Positions 62,585 to 64,000 of a stretch of DNA of 64,000 nt are shown in pieces. Under the pieces are notes generated by a model that ran no database searches, was not told the DNA's origin, and saw nothing but the letters and a program-made list of their open reading frames with translations. A program made the position numbers and the translations under genes. Position 1 is the first letter of the stretch. Each line of letters opens with the position of its first letter. The DNA is from an uncultured Azospirillaceae bacterium (GTDB lineage: Bacteria; Pseudomonadota; Alphaproteobacteria; Rickettsiales; UBA3002): contig CAYGTO010000003.1 in the NCBI GenBank assembly GCA_964352815.1, forward strand, positions 133,015 to 197,014. The letters are read 5' to 3'.

Positions 62585-64000
62585 TGCCCACCCTTCTATT
62601 CGAATGTTTCTCCGAAGAAATGCCCGCACGGATGCAAGCGCCGGCGGAAGCGCAGCTGCATGAGCGGTTTGAAAAAGCGCTTAAAGATTCACGGCTCGAA
62701 CATGGCACGGTGAAAACCTTTGTCAGTCCACGCCACCTTGGCATTCGCATTGAAGGCCTGCCCGCGCAGCAACCAGACATCACGATCGAGCGCAAAGGGC
62801 CCAAAGTCGGTGCGCCAGAACAGGCGATGCAGGGCTTTTTGAAATCCACGGGCCTGAGCGTGGATGAGCTTGAACAGCGCGACACAGGAAAAGGCACTTT
62901 TTATTTCGCCGTCAAAGAGGAACAAGGCAAACCGACTCGCGAGGCGCTGAAACCGATCATCGAACAGGTGATGCATGAGTTTAGCTGGCCAAAATCGATG
63001 CGCTGGGGCGCCTATGAATGTAGCTGGGTGCGCCCGCTACATCGCCTCGTTGCACTACTCGATGATCAGGTTATTCCCGCGCAATTCCACCATATCACCG
63101 CGAGCAATATCACTTTTGGTCATCGGTTTCTTGCCCCGGAAGCCATCACGCTTACCCATGCAGATGACTATGAAGCCGCCCTCGAAAAAGCCTATGTGCA
63201 GGTTGATCGCGCAACACGCCAATCGCGCATGATGGAGCAAAGTGAGGCATTGCTGTCGCAGAAAAAACTCGCACTGATAGAGGATCGTGGGCTGCTCGAT
63301 GAAGTGACCGGCCTCGTCGAATGGCCGCACCCAAAATGCGGCACGATTGACGAAACCTTCATGCGGCTGCCGAAAGAAGTGTTGGTGTCGGAAATGCGCG
63401 AGCACCAAAAATATTTTGCTACAACGGAATCAGAAAACCACACTTCGCGAGAGAGCGCAGCGACCGACGCGATCCATTCACATACGCAAGAATGGGCTGC
63501 CGCGTCTGCCTGCGCGAAGCCGGAGCTTCGCTTCGGCGAAGACAGGTCGGCTAACGCCTCCTCGCAGAACGGGATATCCCCTCACTACCTCATTATCGCT
63601 AACGTCCCCGGCGATGCAGGTGCGATTGAGCATGGGAATAACCGCGTACTACGCGCACGTCTGTCTGATGGTGCTTTCTATTGGGACAGTGACCGCGCCG
63701 TACCGCTCAGCGAATGGGCAGAAAAACTTGCATCCGTCATCTTCCATGCGAAGCTAGGTACCACTGCACAAAAGGTGCAGCGCATCCGCGATTTGTCCGG
63801 CCATCTCGCTTTGTTTGTTCCCCACGCAAATCTTGAGCATGTGGCGCGCGGAGCCGAGCTTTGCAAAGCGGATCTGGTCACCGGCATGGTCGGCGAGTTC
63901 CCCGATTTGCAGGGCATTATGGGCCAATATTACGCGCAAGAACAAAAGGAAGTCGACGAGGTCGCACGCGGCATCTATGAACATTATCTCCCGCAAGGCG
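62584..64000 (+). CDS. glyS: glycine--tRNA ligase beta subunit (3' end beyond window), with a repeat-derived insertion
   Basis: Absent from the ORF track because it has no stop in the window. Own translation of frame 1 gives MPTLLFECFSEEMPARMQ..., FVSPRHLG, REHQKYF, GNNRVLRARLSDGAFYW and HAKLGT. The frame is open to 64000. Confidence 0.9.
   Translation, partial: MPTLLFECFSEEMPARMQAPAEAQLHERFEKALKDSRLEHGTVKTFVSPRHLGIRIEGLPAQQPDITIERKGPKVGAPEQAMQGFLKSTGLSVDELEQRDTGKGTFYFAVKEEQGKPTREALKPIIEQVMHEFSWPKSMRWGAYECSWVRPLHRLVALLDDQVIPAQFHHITASNITFGHRFLAPEAITLTHADDYEAALEKAYVQVDRATRQSRMMEQSEALLSQKKLALIEDRGLLDEVTGLVEWPHPKCGTIDETFMRLPKEVLVSEMREHQKYFATTESENHTSRESAATDAIHSHTQEWAAASACAKPELRFGEDRSANASSQNGISPHYLIIANVPGDAGAIEHGNNRVLRARLSDGAFYWDSDRAVPLSEWAEKLASVIFHAKLGTTAQKVQRIRDLSGHLALFVPHANLEHVARGAELCKADLVTGMVGEFPDLQGIMGQYYAQEQKEVDEVARGIYEHYLPQG
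63442..63570. repeat. nested-palindrome element (TTCGCGAG subfamily, 129 bp) inside glyS
   Basis: acTTCGCGAGagagcgcagcgaccgacGCGATCCATTCacatacgcaaGAATGGgctgccgcg...cgcctcCTCGCAGAac. It shares 19 nt (gagagagcgcagcgaccga) with the 43358 copy and its overall layout with the murB copy. Confidence 0.75.

Overview
The window looks like an alphaproteobacterial chromosome segment made almost entirely of housekeeping genes, with GC of roughly 50% by eye. All product calls come from motif recognition on the ORF translations; no database search was possible. The core is a complete dcw division and cell-wall cluster on the minus strand (mraZ-rsmH-ftsL-ftsI-murE-murF-mraY-murD-ftsW-murG-murC-murB-ddl-ftsQ-ftsA-ftsZ). 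It continues into lpxC-bamD-recN-ligA-prmA. Downstream lie RNase P RNA (rnpB), purC-purS-purQ-purL, bolA-grxD, rpsD, a cimA-type synthase, gltX, nadE, an ABC-F ATPase, etfBA, glyQ, panD and glyS, plus several orphan ORFs. The notable part is not a gene cluster but two families of short structured repeats. (1) A 70-157 bp nested-palindrome element is bounded by GTCAT...ATGAC. About 12 copies were seen, and in most of them a short copy-specific 'key' sequence recurs four times in alternating orientation. Copies sit in operon-internal spacers. They also sit in frame inside coding genes, including the essential murB and glyS as well as cimA and a TrmJ-like methyltransferase gene (two copies), much like Rickettsia palindromic elements. 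(2) Tandem heptamers (GGTTTCA/TGAAACC) form inverted arrays. They are found inside glyQ and murB and at the rnpB 3' end. In one case they flank a complete four-helix-bundle (23S-rRNA-IVS/Avd-like) gene fused onto the glyQ 3' end. Smaller oddities include an opposite-strand orphan gene inside the dcw cluster and phased TGG repeats upstream of mraZ. There is also a tandem pair of Gly/Ala-rich paralogues, a Lys/Ser-rich tail on PurC, and a DksA with only half of its zinc-finger cysteines.
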